The translations under genes and the position numbers were made by a program. A DNA stretch of 63,850 bases, filler included, from Lenisia limosa (Eukaryota; Protista; Breviatea), in the NCBI GenBank assembly GCA_001655205.1. It is 10 parts of 10 records of this genome, joined end to end, with 100 filler letters (N's around TTAATTAATTAA, not from the genome) between each part and the next. Parts side by side here need not be neighbours in the genome. Positions count along the whole stretch, not along the records: positions 33,682 to 58,326 come from LPNZ01010837.1; positions 58,427 to 61,273 come from LPNZ01003539.1; positions 61,374 to 62,740 come from LPNZ01006125.1; positions 62,841 to 63,850 come from LPNZ01001696.1; 6 more parts are not named here. One strand, given 5' to 3'. Under the pieces are notes generated by a model. That model did not search any database and had not been told where the DNA came from. It worked only from the letters and a program-made list of their open reading frames with translations. Of this stretch, positions 52,123-63,850 are shown piece by piece; positions within the stretch are counted from its first letter, which is position 1, and each line of letters opens with the position of its first letter.

Positions 52123-55100
52123 ATGGCGCTCTCAGTGCCGCCCGATATCAGAAGAGACCTTGATGTCCCGCCCCCAAGGAAGTACTGGCTGGAATTCACT
52201 CTCAACAAGAACAAGTCACTCCAATATGTTTGTGGGAATTCTTCCAGTCAATTGCTTTCGTTATCATCAATAACAATTCTGGATAGGGGTGGTTTGAGTT
52301 CTGTTTTTTTGTTGAGACACATTAATTGCATAGTAGTAGATATCATATAACATTGTCATATTGGCACAATATATTTGTGTATTCAGGAGTATCTGTTGTT
52401 TCAGGTCCAGAGTGTTTTTCCACCAGTGCCTTCTCGTACTTATCCTTGACAAATGATATCCAGGATTTATTTGTGGCAGTGTGTTTGTGGTCGCTTCCCT
52501 TCACCCCCCCCCTCTAGATTGAGAAACTCCAAGCCGGAGAAAAGGAAGAAAAGAATCTCGACCCTCCCGTCTTAGAGCTTCTGGAGTCCCTCTTTCGATC
52601 TATCCGATCATGGTCTTCGCAGCAACAGGACGCATCGATCATCCCGTCAACAACGACGCTAATTACGGCGGCGAAGGGACGCGNNNNNNNNNNNNNNNNN
52701 NNNNNNNNNNNNNNNNNNNNNNNNNNNNNNNNNNNNNNNNNNNNNNNNNNNNNNNNNNNNNNNNNNNNNNNNNNNNNNNNNNNNNNNNNCCCACTGCTAT
52801 TGATATACACTCTTTTTGGAACTGAAGTGGGGGGTGGGGTGGGGTCATAACATGCATAACTCTCCCATTTACAACAAGACACATATTACATACTCTCAGT
52901 GAGATCTTAGAATTATGATCTGTTGGTTATTAATATTGTGTCTTAGGTTCGAGTGATATCGTCACAATGTATACTGTATATATGTATTACATGTATGGAT
53001 ATGTCACGCTTTTTCACCATATAGGAATGTAAGTTGTATATTCATAAAATGTTTGATTCTCTATCACTATCTAGAAAGATGAAATACTTTGTAACTTTGC
53101 AGATATGCAATGCGCGGCCCCTCGCGTTCAGTGAAGTCACTCGCAGTCTGGATGATTCTCTTATCACCATGTTCTGGCACCTAGTCATACGAGATGACGT
53201 TGTACATAAGGAGTGAGCAAGGGATGATGATAAGGAGTGAGTAAGGGATGATGAACATAAGGAGTAAGTAAGGGATGATGAACGTAAGGAGTGAGCAAGG
53301 GATGATGAACATAAGGAGTGAGCAAGCATAAGGAGTGGATGGGATGGTACTTTGAACCCACGATTACTCTTTCTGGATATTAGGAAGCTATGACGGGTTT
53401 ACTTTTTTTCTGAGAATCAAAATGCATTTCTCAGAGCTTTAAGGCAAAGGTTGGGTGCATTATTATTCTACATTTATCTAATATCACCTTTGAGCGACAA
53501 CTTTGACAGCTAGTATTTTTTATTATATTATAGCTATATGATATCTGAACAAAAGCTTCAAACTTGCTGATATTTTTTCAGCTTCTACACAATCACACGA
53601 TCGACATTTATCCTGACTACGGCTGTTCGTGTTCTTACGCCGCCTTCCCGGACGAACCCCTTCCCATCCTGCCAGCTGCCGCACCCTCCCTCAAATGTAC
53701 GTCTGTTACCTCTTCTCTGTGTTAACTTTGTATCTTTCTCAAACGGCAAATAGGTCAACACCATATATATGCTGTCATCTACTTGGTGATATTTTTTGAT
53801 ATCAAAACCTTAAAAACTTAGCTTTTGGACGGCACCTATCTGGTATTAGTATTTCGTATTTCTACAGGCTATATCGAATAAGGAGCAATCTCCACTTGCC
53901 ATGTCTTTCAAAACCCTCACACGATTTCGTCTCACCACCACAGTCGCAACATGCTTCTCTCAGAGTCATAGCACAGGCCCTTCAGCAAAGCGGCTGGATC
54001 AAACACAACCAAATATCCGAGGACTGGTTGAAGGACGAGGTGGGGGCAGGAATTGCGATATTTATTGAGGATTCATCTGTCTTCTGTCTTGACCAATGGT
54101 GGTACGTGACCTTGCAGGTTGCCTGGGCCGGGATAGCGATGATGGAGCGTGTGCTGACGGAGGCAGCGGCCGCCGCCGCGTGCTGGCTCTTTTTTGACGA
54201 CCAATATGCGGCCTGTCCGCCTTTTGTTGAAGTTGCGCTACGTCGGCGCGCATACCACACGTACGTCTTGCACACTATTGTTTCGTAGCTTTAGTATCCA
54301 CTAGGCGCCATTATCTTTCTTAGTCACTGTTGCATCCATCTGCTGCCTTTGTTTCTATTCATCATCGAAGTTTCTTTTCGCTTCACACTGGCTTGAGCTT
54401 TGTGTGTTTTGTTGTTATCAACCCTTGTGTGTTGTCAGCCAGCAGAGTTGATTTTTTTGTTTCAAAAATTTTCCAATTTTACTTCCCTCCCCAGAGATTC
54501 CATGATCAATCGGCTTTTGTTTGTTAAGAACCGGTCTGAAAGCATAGCCACGCTGAGCGCCTACGTGCAGCCTCCGGCTAATGTCGCAGAAACTTCCAGA
54601 ACAGGCGCCGAATCTTCCATCCTCGGCACCCTCCCCGCCCCCACNNNNNNNNNNNNNNNNNNNNNNNNNNNNNNNNNNNNNNNNNNNNNNNNNNNNNNNN
54701 NNNNNNNNNNNNNNNNNNNNNNNNNNNNNCACGGCTGTGATGCCGCCGCCGCCAGCAAACTTCGCCAACATGGACGCCATCGCCAAGTCCATCGACATTC
54801 TTGCACGTGACACGTGGTGCGGCGCCCTGGGCTGGGCGGTCCGACGGTCCATTCTGGGCCTTGTGTCGGACTGGGAATGCACGATTCTGGGCTCGTATGG
54901 CGGTTCGGTTGAGATTACGTCGCAAATGAAGCGCGAAGATGCCTTGGAGATCCGACGGGAACTGCAGCAGCTTCTCCTCTCCAGTCGCGGTGTGAACGGA
55001 CCGAGACCCCTGGCCTGCCCCTTGAGCATGTCGGAAAAGGTGCGGGGGTCTGTATGGGTCTATAGGGAATTGCACAGTGGTCCCTGTGATACCGTACAGA

Positions 55101-58100
55101 ACCATGTAAATGTACCTACTTTTGGATTACTTTTCCTGATGGAAAGTCCGTCATTGATAAAACGCATTTAGGCCCCTTTCGGTTCCTAAATATATCATAA
55201 TTCCCCCCCTATTTTTTCTTTGATAAATCCCCAATTCTCTCTGTTGGTGTAGTAATATCGGGATTTATTGGGCTTTATCAAACAATAGTGTCTTCAGTTC
55301 ACACCCTAGGAATTTGAGGCACTTTCCAAAGACGACCACAAGCTCCTGAAGTTGAGTCTTGACAGCAACCTCGATATTCTGAGGAGGAGATACGCCCAAT
55401 TCAGTTATCCTGGAACTCTCAAGGTCGGCGATCTTTTTTATTCCGAGCAGCCTTGCATGATTGTCATCTTTTCATAGTGAAACCATACTGAAAGAGACAT
55501 TGTATCTTTCTCTCTATTAGGATAGTCATATGGTATGTAATAGTGTGTATCATATTGTATATATTTACGATATAATGTTATCATATATCTATCATATGAT
55601 ATACATGTACGTATCCGATATAATGTTATCATATATACATTATCCACCTCATCATTGTCCCGTTAGCAATAATCACCCCTCTCACCATTGCAGGTACTCA
55701 TGACCACCCGAATTGCAGCCGCGAACCTCGTTCTCCGAGCCAAGTTGGAGGAACCGGTAGAGGCTCTGGACGGCTCCGTTCTGGTCCGGGCCGCGGGACG
55801 CAATGGCGTGGCTGCCCTTGTCGACGCCGCCGTACTCGTCCTAAAGTCTAGGTGGTGGGGTATGTGTGTAGTGGGATAAGCGATAAGGCCATCCCAATTC
55901 GAACAGTTATCTATTTAACTTGTCCCCTTTCCCCATTAACAGTTCCCCTCAAGGGCGTCGTCTGGGTACATGGGATAATTCTCGGATCCAGCTTGATTTA
56001 CCCCCTCCCCCCCCCCNNNNNNNNNNNNNNNNNNNNNNNNNNNNNNNNNNNNNNNNNNNNNNNNNNNNNNNNNNNNNNNNNNNNNNNNNNNNNNNNNNNN
56101 NNNNNNNNNNNNNNNCGCCACGGCCGCAGTGGCCTGTAGTGCGGGGTTCGACATCGTCAATCGATATGGTGGGGGGTATAGCAATGATAAATAAAACTAC
56201 GTTGGACCTGCGAAGCCGTCCACACATCACGCTGATAAGAGATATTGAATTATGGGGGTGTAGATAAGAGATATTGAATTATGGGGGTGTAGATATATTC
56301 GGTGCAAAAATTCTGACACTAAAGGATGATGAAAGTCAACTCGTATAGAAGAGAATATTCATTTTTGTCAGGTTTAGCTTTGGCTGTGCTTTGATTGCTT
56401 TTGATGACCTTCCAGCTCCACTCTTCGGCCTAAACCATCCCCTCAGCCCTCCCACCCTCCACTCCCTCCTGATCCCTCTTCCAAGTATGTGGAATGGGAT
56501 GGTCGGCTCAATTACTCTAAAACTTTCAAAGGGACAGTAGGATTACAGGCTGAAAATGTACCGTTTTCTTCACTTTCCAAATACCACGTGCGTCAAAAGT
56601 TATGAGCTTTTATGTGTACCTTATTAATTCTCAATACCCCCCACCCCTAACCCTCGTAGCAGCTCTCCCCAAAGGTATGACCTTTGTCCCTCACCCCACG
56701 CCGGCGGAGTTGACGTCCCCATCGCCTGCGGTCCAGAGCCTCGCCATGATGTGCTGCAACCACCTCTCGCGACTACCTTCGGCACGGCCCTCAGCAGATA
56801 TGGTGGGGAGGAAAGTGGCATGGTAACTGTGTACCACACTTTGTTAACACTGCAGCCCTCCGAGCTGGTCGTTAACGAGGCCCTTCGACGCTTCGAAGAA
56901 CGCAAGGAACATGCATCTTTATGGTGGGTCATGTGTGTGTTTTGTCGGCATAGCGTTTTTTATTCTATTCTTTTCTTGCACAAGGCTGATTTTGGACTAA
57001 AATAAAGTTCGAGAGTTCTAAAGTTTGACCACGCAGGGTGTCCTCTGCCATCCAGCTGCCCACATCGCCAGACAAACAGTCCGCCCTGCAGTTTGCCATG
57101 GCCTTCCTTTCCCTCCCTCCGGCAGTTCCCGCTGCGCCCATCCGTCTCATCCGTCCCACTTACAACCTCCCCCCTGGGCNNNNNNNNNNNNNNNNNNNNN
57201 NTCGAGCCCGAACTCCACCCCAATTCCGTCAACCTCCACAATCTCTTCTCGCCAAACTACGGCGTTCTCTGCGCGCCAAAGAGCGTGCGTGGCGTGGTCA
57301 TGGTCACAACGCGTCTTCTGAGCGAGGGTCACGTGGTGCAGGCCAACACCTTCGTATCTGACGGCATTGTGGGGGGGGGGGGGNNNNNNNNNNNNNNNNN
57401 NNNATTATCCAAAGATTGTCCACCAATAAAGCACCACCCCCCTATTCTCATTGAAATGGCCAGTAAATCACAGCACTGCCTCTACTCTAACGTGTCTTCC
57501 AGAAGCAGACGAATCTCCCCCCAGACCTGGTCAAGGCGTATAGAATGTGCTCAGAGTGGGGGGCTCTTAAGTGGCTGGAATCTACATTAACTCTTGAGGG
57601 GGGTGCCGTTTCTAAGGGATATGAGGAGTCTCATACACCAACACATGAAAGCTTTGGATTTAGGATACGATTGCTCGTCCCGTATTACATTGCCCCTTAC
57701 GGACTTAGTTTGGTGCGGGTATGTCTTTACCTAGCGTACGCTCCCCCTCCCATTCTCAACGCCACGAGTGCGGTGGTCACCCAGCCGCCTCCACAGGTTG
57801 GAGGGAGGGTATGGGAATAGATTTTTAGAGCAGGTGAAAGGTGCATCTTGCATATACCAAGATTTGATACGACATGTTTTTATTTGATCAAAATTATAAG
57901 CAGGCCACCATAAGACGATAGACAAGGATCCCCTTTAAATGATATTTTACCCTGCAGAAGCGACTGGCTTGGGCTTTGTTAGCCGNNNNNNNNNNNNNNN
58001 NNNNNNNNNNNNNNNNNNNNNNNNNNNNNNNNNNNNNNNNNNNNNNNNNNNNNNNNNNNNNNNNNNNNNNNNNNNNNNNNNNNNNNNNNNNNNNNNNNNN

Positions 58101-58224
58101 NNNNNNNNNNNNNNNNNNNNNNNNNNNNNNNNNNNNNNNNNNNNNNNNNNNNNNNNNNNNNNNNNNNNNNCAGCGGAAGAACATCCATCAGATCATTGAA
58201 GGGGTCAACACGCTGGCTGCGTAG
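52123..58224 (+). CDS. Large multi-exon protein, possibly Integrator subunit 8-like
   Basis: Many GC-rich exons with GT-AG borders. The N-terminus PPRKYWLEFTL...DPPVLELLESLF recalls the INTS8 start as I remember it (PPxxxWxEFLL...DP); the rest is not verified and could be more than one gene. Confidence 0.4.
53205..53335. repeat. Tandem minisatellite ~4.5 x 27 bp (CATAAGGAGTGAGCAAGGGATGATGAA)
   Basis: Direct reading; it begins at an exon end. Confidence 0.9.
54387..54494 (+). repeat. Repeat family I copy ending at an acceptor CAG
   Basis: ...TCAACCCTTGTGTGTTGTCAGCCAGCAGAGTTGATTTTTTTGTTTCAAAAATTTTCCAATTTTACTTCCCTCCCCAG|, followed by the exon frame DSMINRLLFVKNRSE. Confidence 0.88.
56234..56291. 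repeat. Perfect 2 x 29-bp tandem duplication
   Basis: GATAAGAGATATTGAATTATGGGGGTGTA twice. Confidence 0.9.
57953..57985 (+). repeat. Repeat family I, 5' part (rest in gap)
   Basis: TGCAGAAGCGACTGGCTTGGGCTTTGTT. Confidence 0.65.
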
Positions 58225-58267
58225 GGGGTTGTCATGCTTCCCCTCACAATCCAACATATTTCTACCC

Positions 58268-58326
58268 TCTGTGATTGTGTTAATGGCTTGCTGCTGGTAC
58301 TCTGTGATTGTGTTAATGGCTTGCTG
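58268..58326. repeat. 33-bp tandem repeat at a scaffold end (~1.8 units seen)
   Basis: CTCTGTGATTGTGTTAATGGCTTGCTG repeated. Confidence 0.85.
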
Positions 58327-58370
58327 NNNNNNNNNNNNNNNNNNNNNNNNNNNNNNNNNNNNNNNNNNNN

Positions 58371-58382
58371 TTAATTAATTAA
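58371..58382. other. Artificial scaffold-joining linker
   Basis: TTAATTAATTAA within the N run. Confidence 0.97.
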
Positions 58383-61044
58383 NNNNNNNNNNNNNNNNNN
58401 NNNNNNNNNNNNNNNNNNNNNNNNNNAATCTGCTTGCGTACAGTCAGCACTAGCAACTACCCTGCCATTTGCTGCGATACTCACATCAGCTCGGCACTGT
58501 CCTCTTGCAATGCTCACAACCTGAGAGGAAGTTAGTTTGGTCTTAGTTGTTGAGCTTTTTTCGGATATCTATATTATGTACTATATTTCCAAGATAAACA
58601 AACCATTGAAGTCATTGGGGAATCCAACATGTCAGGGGAGGAAGAGGGAATGCAAAGAGCCACAGAACTCCCGCCCCTCCACAGATCCGCTTGTTGTGCT
58701 GAAGGTGTAAAACAACCCCACAACAAAAAAGAGATTCATTGAGAACACTTATTAGTAAACAGGATTTATATTCAAAGAAAAGCATGTCTTCATCTATCAT
58801 TGCAAACCTGCGGACAACCCAGCATCGTTATCATTGCCTTGCCACTCCATGCACTTGGTTAAAAGGCGTCCTGTTCCATAAAAATAAATATGTATCGAGG
58901 ATGTAACAAGAAATTCTTTCCTATTCTGGGAGTAAACACCACTAATCACCTGAAGGAGGAACATAGTTGAAGTCTTTTTGAAGAATCGCATGGATCCTTC
59001 GATCAGCCTAAAGGATATTAAATGTTATCGCAGTGAATTTCAAAATGATCATCTCTCAAGTGGATATGGTCAACATATCATCAAACATGAGTTTAGATCT
59101 ATTGCAACAATATGTAATTTAATCTAATTTCCCTAGTGAAATTCCCTATTATCCTCCTGAAAGAGGTATTGTTCCTGGACCCTGCCCCCTCGTTATAACT
59201 TTGCCTCTAGCCTACCCTACCTACCCCAAATATGTAGTAAGTGTTGGTGACATATATATGCCGACCCCCCTTGTCAAGTGTTGGTAATATAAAAATTTAC
59301 TTTGAGGATTCTGTACAAATACATTTGTAATAAAATACCAAGATCAAACAGTGGCCTCCTATTTGTACCACACTGAGAGAGCCAAACCAGTCACACCTTC
59401 AATAAATTTGTCTTGGTCTTTGGATCGGCAACATTAAGAACACGCCATAAGAACCCAGGGTCGTCAAGAAGGTTGTGGAGATGTGATTGATCAGGATGAC
59501 TCATCAAAGCTCCACTTTTCGAATACCTTTTCTCTTTTTCTTGATTGACTTCTCTCTTTTTATTTCTCCTTCTGTTTTTTTTTTTCTAGCTTGGAGCATG
59601 GAGTGGAGTTTTTGTTTGCAAAGAGAGAACAAACCACCTAATTTTACCTGGGGTTTCCGACTCTGATCATTCCTTTTAAAGCACTGGAAAAGCCAAAACA
59701 CCCCTCTACACACGTTTTCTAATACATTATTAATACACAAACTTCACACAAACAGGTTAGAACGTATTCTCTCATTCAAACAAGAACACGTGTCAAAGTC
59801 TCTCACCAAAAGGGCTCTGTGTTGCACATCTGCACACACAAACAAAACGAAAACACAAGAAAAATGATGATTGCAAACCCTCCGCAAGGAATGATTGGTA
59901 TCTACCTTCGGTTTATCAACCTGCTGCTCCTCTGCACTGCTTGCTATTCCTTGTGAGTTGGTTATTTGGTTATAATGAGAACACATTCGTTTCAGACCCT
60001 TTGGTTGGTCTGTCCTTGTATCTAGATAAAGTCTTCACCTGATCACCAGACATATTTTGTTATGGTAAAAGGTTTTGGCGAGGCACATTGAAGCTATATA
60101 CAGAACTGTGATAGTATGCAAAGTTATAAAATATGCGACTTCGGCCTTGCTGCTAGATGCTTTTCCTATTATCGGGGAATTTCTGCCAATTGGATATCAT
60201 GTGTGATACTTACATCCGAATTTGGGGAATTGATTGGTCCACTTGTTTTTGAACTCGTAGATGACCCCTTTATTTTTTCAAAAACTCTCCTAAAAATTAA
60301 GCTTTAAGCTTCTTTTTTTCTGACTGCTAGTTCAAAAAAGTAGACCTCAGATTTGATTGAGCCGAAATCTGCAAGTTGTCTTTGTTTTGAAGACATCTTT
60401 GGCTTTGTTACGAAATTAACTCACTACCGGCCCCCCTTAGNNNNNNNNNNNNNNNNNNNNNNNNNNNNNNNNNNNNNNNNNNNNNNNNNNNNNNNNNNNN
60501 NNNNNNNNNNNNNNNNNNAAGCGGCAGATTTCGTCATGACCAACGGGGATTCTCTCTCGAATGCCACTCTGAGAGGTTTGGTGGTTTTAATGTACAGTAG
60601 TGAAGCACTAATTTTTATATTAAACAATTTTACCTAGTGTCATGTAGTTTATTAGCTAACATTCTTTTAATCCTAGTTTAATTAGATGCTTAATAAACCA
60701 TCTGATTGAGATTAATCATTATTTACTCTTTGTTTCTCTCGTTTAAACAGATATAAATTTAGTTGCAATCAGGATATTGTCCTTCACTCTTTGTGATCCT
60801 ACTTGTTCAAGATTCACTTCTTCCTCTTTTTCAGTTGAGTCTCTTGAAAACTCCCAAATCCGCACTAACTGCAACGGGGCTTCTCACTACGCTGTTGGTG
60901 GTTGAGCAGGTTACACACAAACATGCACATATGATATACACATTCAACATATGAAATGATAGGTATCACTTTGGATCATTTTGACACGTGTGAACTATCA
61001 TTTTCCACGCAGTGATATGATACCTCATATCCACTCGTATACAC

Positions 61045-61135
61045 TCGGGATGAACCCTCGTGTTATCTTCGTTCATCATTTCGACTTGAAAGTCGGTCAT
61101 ATGATCATATCAGTGAATATGGGTTAACATATCAT
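61045..61135. repeat. Dispersed repeat D (reverse complement of 63608-63700)
   Basis: CCCTCGTGTTATCTTCGTTCATCATTTCGACTTGAAAGTCGGTCA...ATGGGTTAACATATCA. Confidence 0.85.
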
Positions 61136-61317
61136 GACATCTACATCCATTTTCACCATTTACAGATTTATACTGTCCGTCTAGGTCGAACTTTGACAGA
61201 CGTTCTCTGTATTGTGAGCCAACTCATTTGATGGGGGATCTACAAATTTTGAGCAGCAGTAAACCATATATGTNNNNNNNNNNNNNNNNNNNNNNNNNNN
61301 NNNNNNNNNNNNNNNNN

Positions 61318-61329
61318 TTAATTAATTAA
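61318..61329. other. Artificial scaffold-joining linker
   Basis: TTAATTAATTAA within the N run. Confidence 0.97.
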
Positions 61330-62784
61330 NNNNNNNNNNNNNNNNNNNNNNNNNNNNNNNNNNNNNNNNNNNNCCATATCATATTCATCACCTGGAAAAT
61401 CTCGATGTTACGCGAACAAATACCTGATAAATGGAAAACAATCTAAAAGGTATAAAAAAACACACTCCGCGAATGGCTATTTCATAAGAAATTGACCTGA
61501 ACATTCCTACTCCTCCATAACCACCAATTTGTTCCTTTCTTAAATACAACATAACTACATTACAGACAAAAATACACAGATCGTGAAAGTCTATTCTCAC
61601 AGAATGTGTTTATGAAATACATGTATATCAACGTAAGTTTAGGCTTGCAAATCGTTTTACCCTTTTCTACTTCGTCATCTCGCAAAACAGTTACTCAATC
61701 CAATACTCTTATAGCTGCACCTCCAGCATGCAGACTCAGGAGCAAGGAACCTGATGTTTGACTTAGTTGCAGCCGCACAAACTGTCTAGGTCATCCCCCA
61801 CCTTGTGCAATCTGTTGTGAAAAAGAGAGTATGATGCGGGTGTTTTGTGATATCTTTTTGAATATGATATATTGTTTGACCTCTTGATTCTCATAATCAA
61901 GGTACCTACATGTATGCTCAGCCAGCCCATTGAATACGTCGTGCCCATCTCCCTGAGTACGGAGCCAGTGCCAGTTTCTGCGGTTCCAGCTCAACCATCA
62001 CCACCTCAAACTCATCGCATCCCTGCCCCCTCACCATCCTCTACCTCGATTGTCAACATGAGAGCAGGGTCTACCGACAAGGTGGAAAATTTATTCTCTC
62101 TCGTCCACAGCTACCTGGGTACATGTACAATCAGGACCTTTGTGGACAACATGCTGTAGCTCCTGAGAATCTACCACTTCAGAATCTCGGATAATCCTGA
62201 TTGGCACTTTGTTACCTTACAGCGAACGGTATACGTACATTTACCCCTCGACGTCTCCGCAATTATTCTCTCAGCTGACAAAAAAACAGCCTCCCTCAAA
62301 AAGAAACGTCAGAATAACCAAGTCGCCACGTCAGTCCTACACCCCGTGACCGAAACAAGGTTAATTCTGGCCTATAGAGCCCCCCCACACTGGTATGACT
62401 GATTGATTAGGGATCTTCTTTGTGTTAGTTTTCGTAATCTTGTCACTTTCCTGACTTCTACCTGTAGTTTTATTCTTCCTCTTTGACATTCGCTGTCATT
62501 GATATTCAAGTGATAAGGAATAACAAGTGTAGATTCACAAAAAGAAAACTTCATTGGCCCATTTCTTGCAAACTATAATGTAATGTGTGTGTCTTTTAAT
62601 ATAATGAAAATGTTTTCGTTTCCATTGCAAGGAAAATTCAGATTTATATATGATTATGGCATCATATGGGTCCAACAGATTAGTGCATGTTTCTGATGTA
62701 TTAAAAGAGGAAACTCAACTCAACGGAAAATAATGGTGACNNNNNNNNNNNNNNNNNNNNNNNNNNNNNNNNNNNNNNNNNNNN

Positions 62785-62796
62785 TTAATTAATTAA
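62785..62796. other. Artificial scaffold-joining linker
   Basis: TTAATTAATTAA within the N run. Confidence 0.97.
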
Positions 62797-63360
62797 NNNN
62801 NNNNNNNNNNNNNNNNNNNNNNNNNNNNNNNNNNNNNNNNCTGAGCACACAGCTTTCTGCGTGCCTCCCCAGCATATAGGGGATAAATAGGTTTATGAAC
62901 TGAAAGGCGTAAAGACCCCCTAAACTATAGAACACACACAGAGACACAATAAAAGGGGATCCAAAAGGGGTGGCAGCGTCTGTAGTAAAAGGTGATACAG
63001 TGGTATTTTTATGAAAAAAAAATTAAAACAAAGGTTAAGCTTTGCAACAACACCCCTCAAACCGCCGGATCTCTCTGATCCTAGTTTCAAAAGAGAATAT
63101 TCAACAAAAAAACCATCAAACCATCAAAAGTCACCATGATGTGAGAAGCCAACTGTGAACTGGCTTTGATTGAAAATCTAAACAAATTTCAGAAACAAAT
63201 CCTGTTCAAAAAAAAATAATAAAAAATTCAAAAGAATTTCAGAAACAAAAATGGCACAGTTTAAGAAACAATATTCTTTTTTTGTATTTTCAAACAAAAA
63301 TATAATATTTTGAAATGATAAACCTTATAACAGTGTATAGTAGTACTATGTAGTGTATAT

Positions 63361-63486
63361 AGTGACCGGGATAAGTCTTGTCAGATTTACCAAATGATTG
63401 CCCCCAAGGAAAAATTGGTCAAGACTTATCCTGACCACTGTATATGATTTCCCAACGAAAACTGGTTAAGACTTATCCCGGTCACT
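63361..63486. mobile_element. MITE family C (126 bp, perfect 19-bp TIR)
   Basis: AGTGACCGGGATAAGTCTT ... AAGACTTATCCCGGTCACT, with an internal third TIR-like copy at ~63417-63435. Confidence 0.8.
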
Positions 63487-63607
63487 CTCTACTTTTACAT
63501 CTTGATATATCATATACTATGATATGATATGTTTTTTTTTTTACTATATCATATTAGAGAAATATTATGCATAGCTATATATCATGTCATATCGCCATAT
63601 TATAACT

Positions 63608-63700
63608 GATATGTTAACCCATATCCAATGGTACTGATATGATCCTCTGACCGACTTTCGAGTCGAAATGATGAACGAAGATAACACGAGGGTTAATCCC
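63608..63700. repeat. Dispersed repeat D, second copy
   Basis: Near-identical reverse complement of 61045-61135, on a different scaffold. Confidence 0.85.
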
Positions 63701-63790
63701 GATATCATATCATTATATACTATACTATACTATACAAAATGATATGAGATGATAATATATAGTATAACCACTTCACCTCCAACCAACCGG

Positions 63791-63850
63791 CCCTCAGAAC
63801 AACAGAGTCCTACAATAATCCCCTCAGAACAACAGAGTCCTACAATAATC
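63791..63850. repeat. Perfect 30-bp tandem repeat (2 units, truncated by window end)
   Basis: CCCTCAGAACAACAGAGTCCTACAATAATC twice. Confidence 0.9.

Noticed and set aside
58430-60050. Multi-exon minus-strand gene
   Set aside because: Several exon-like pieces are visible, but I could not build a consistent frame or assign a product.
60116-60307. KICDFGLA kinase-like peptide in a short ORF
   Set aside because: No HRD, VAIK or APE motifs were found in neighbouring frames or exons; likely chance.
63614-63696. piggyBac MITE (TTAA-CCC...GGG-TTAA)
   Set aside because: The TIR does not extend past 3 bp, and both copies share sequence beyond the TTAA, so it is not a demonstrable TSD.

Overview
The window is eukaryotic (protist-type) draft-genome DNA, not prokaryotic. 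It contains 10 unrelated scaffolds joined by artificial 100-bp spacers (44 N + TTAATTAATTAA + 44 N), so neighbourhood across spacers carries no meaning. Spliced genes recognised by manual exon reconstruction: a J-domain protein, a C-type lectin, a class-3 lipase, RPL23A, CBF5/dyskerin, a Rac-type GTPase, a villin/gelsolin protein, DBP5/DDX19, REV1, EFCAB2/DRC8, a protein with about 10 saposin domains, an SLC38-type amino-acid transporter and a large, possibly INTS8-like protein. Best leads: (1) CBF5 has ultra-short introns (21-29 nt), and 4 of 9 end in TG or GG instead of AG; (2) a ~110-140 bp repeat family sits mostly in introns in sense orientation, and three copies end exactly at an acceptor AG (introner-like); (3) several MITE-like hairpin families; (4) a decayed AT-rich segment with a phage/virus fibre-like motif. 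The scaffold at 8380-18327 differs so much in intron size, codon use and repeat content that it may come from a second organism. All gene models are by eye, and boundaries of the unknown genes are approximate.
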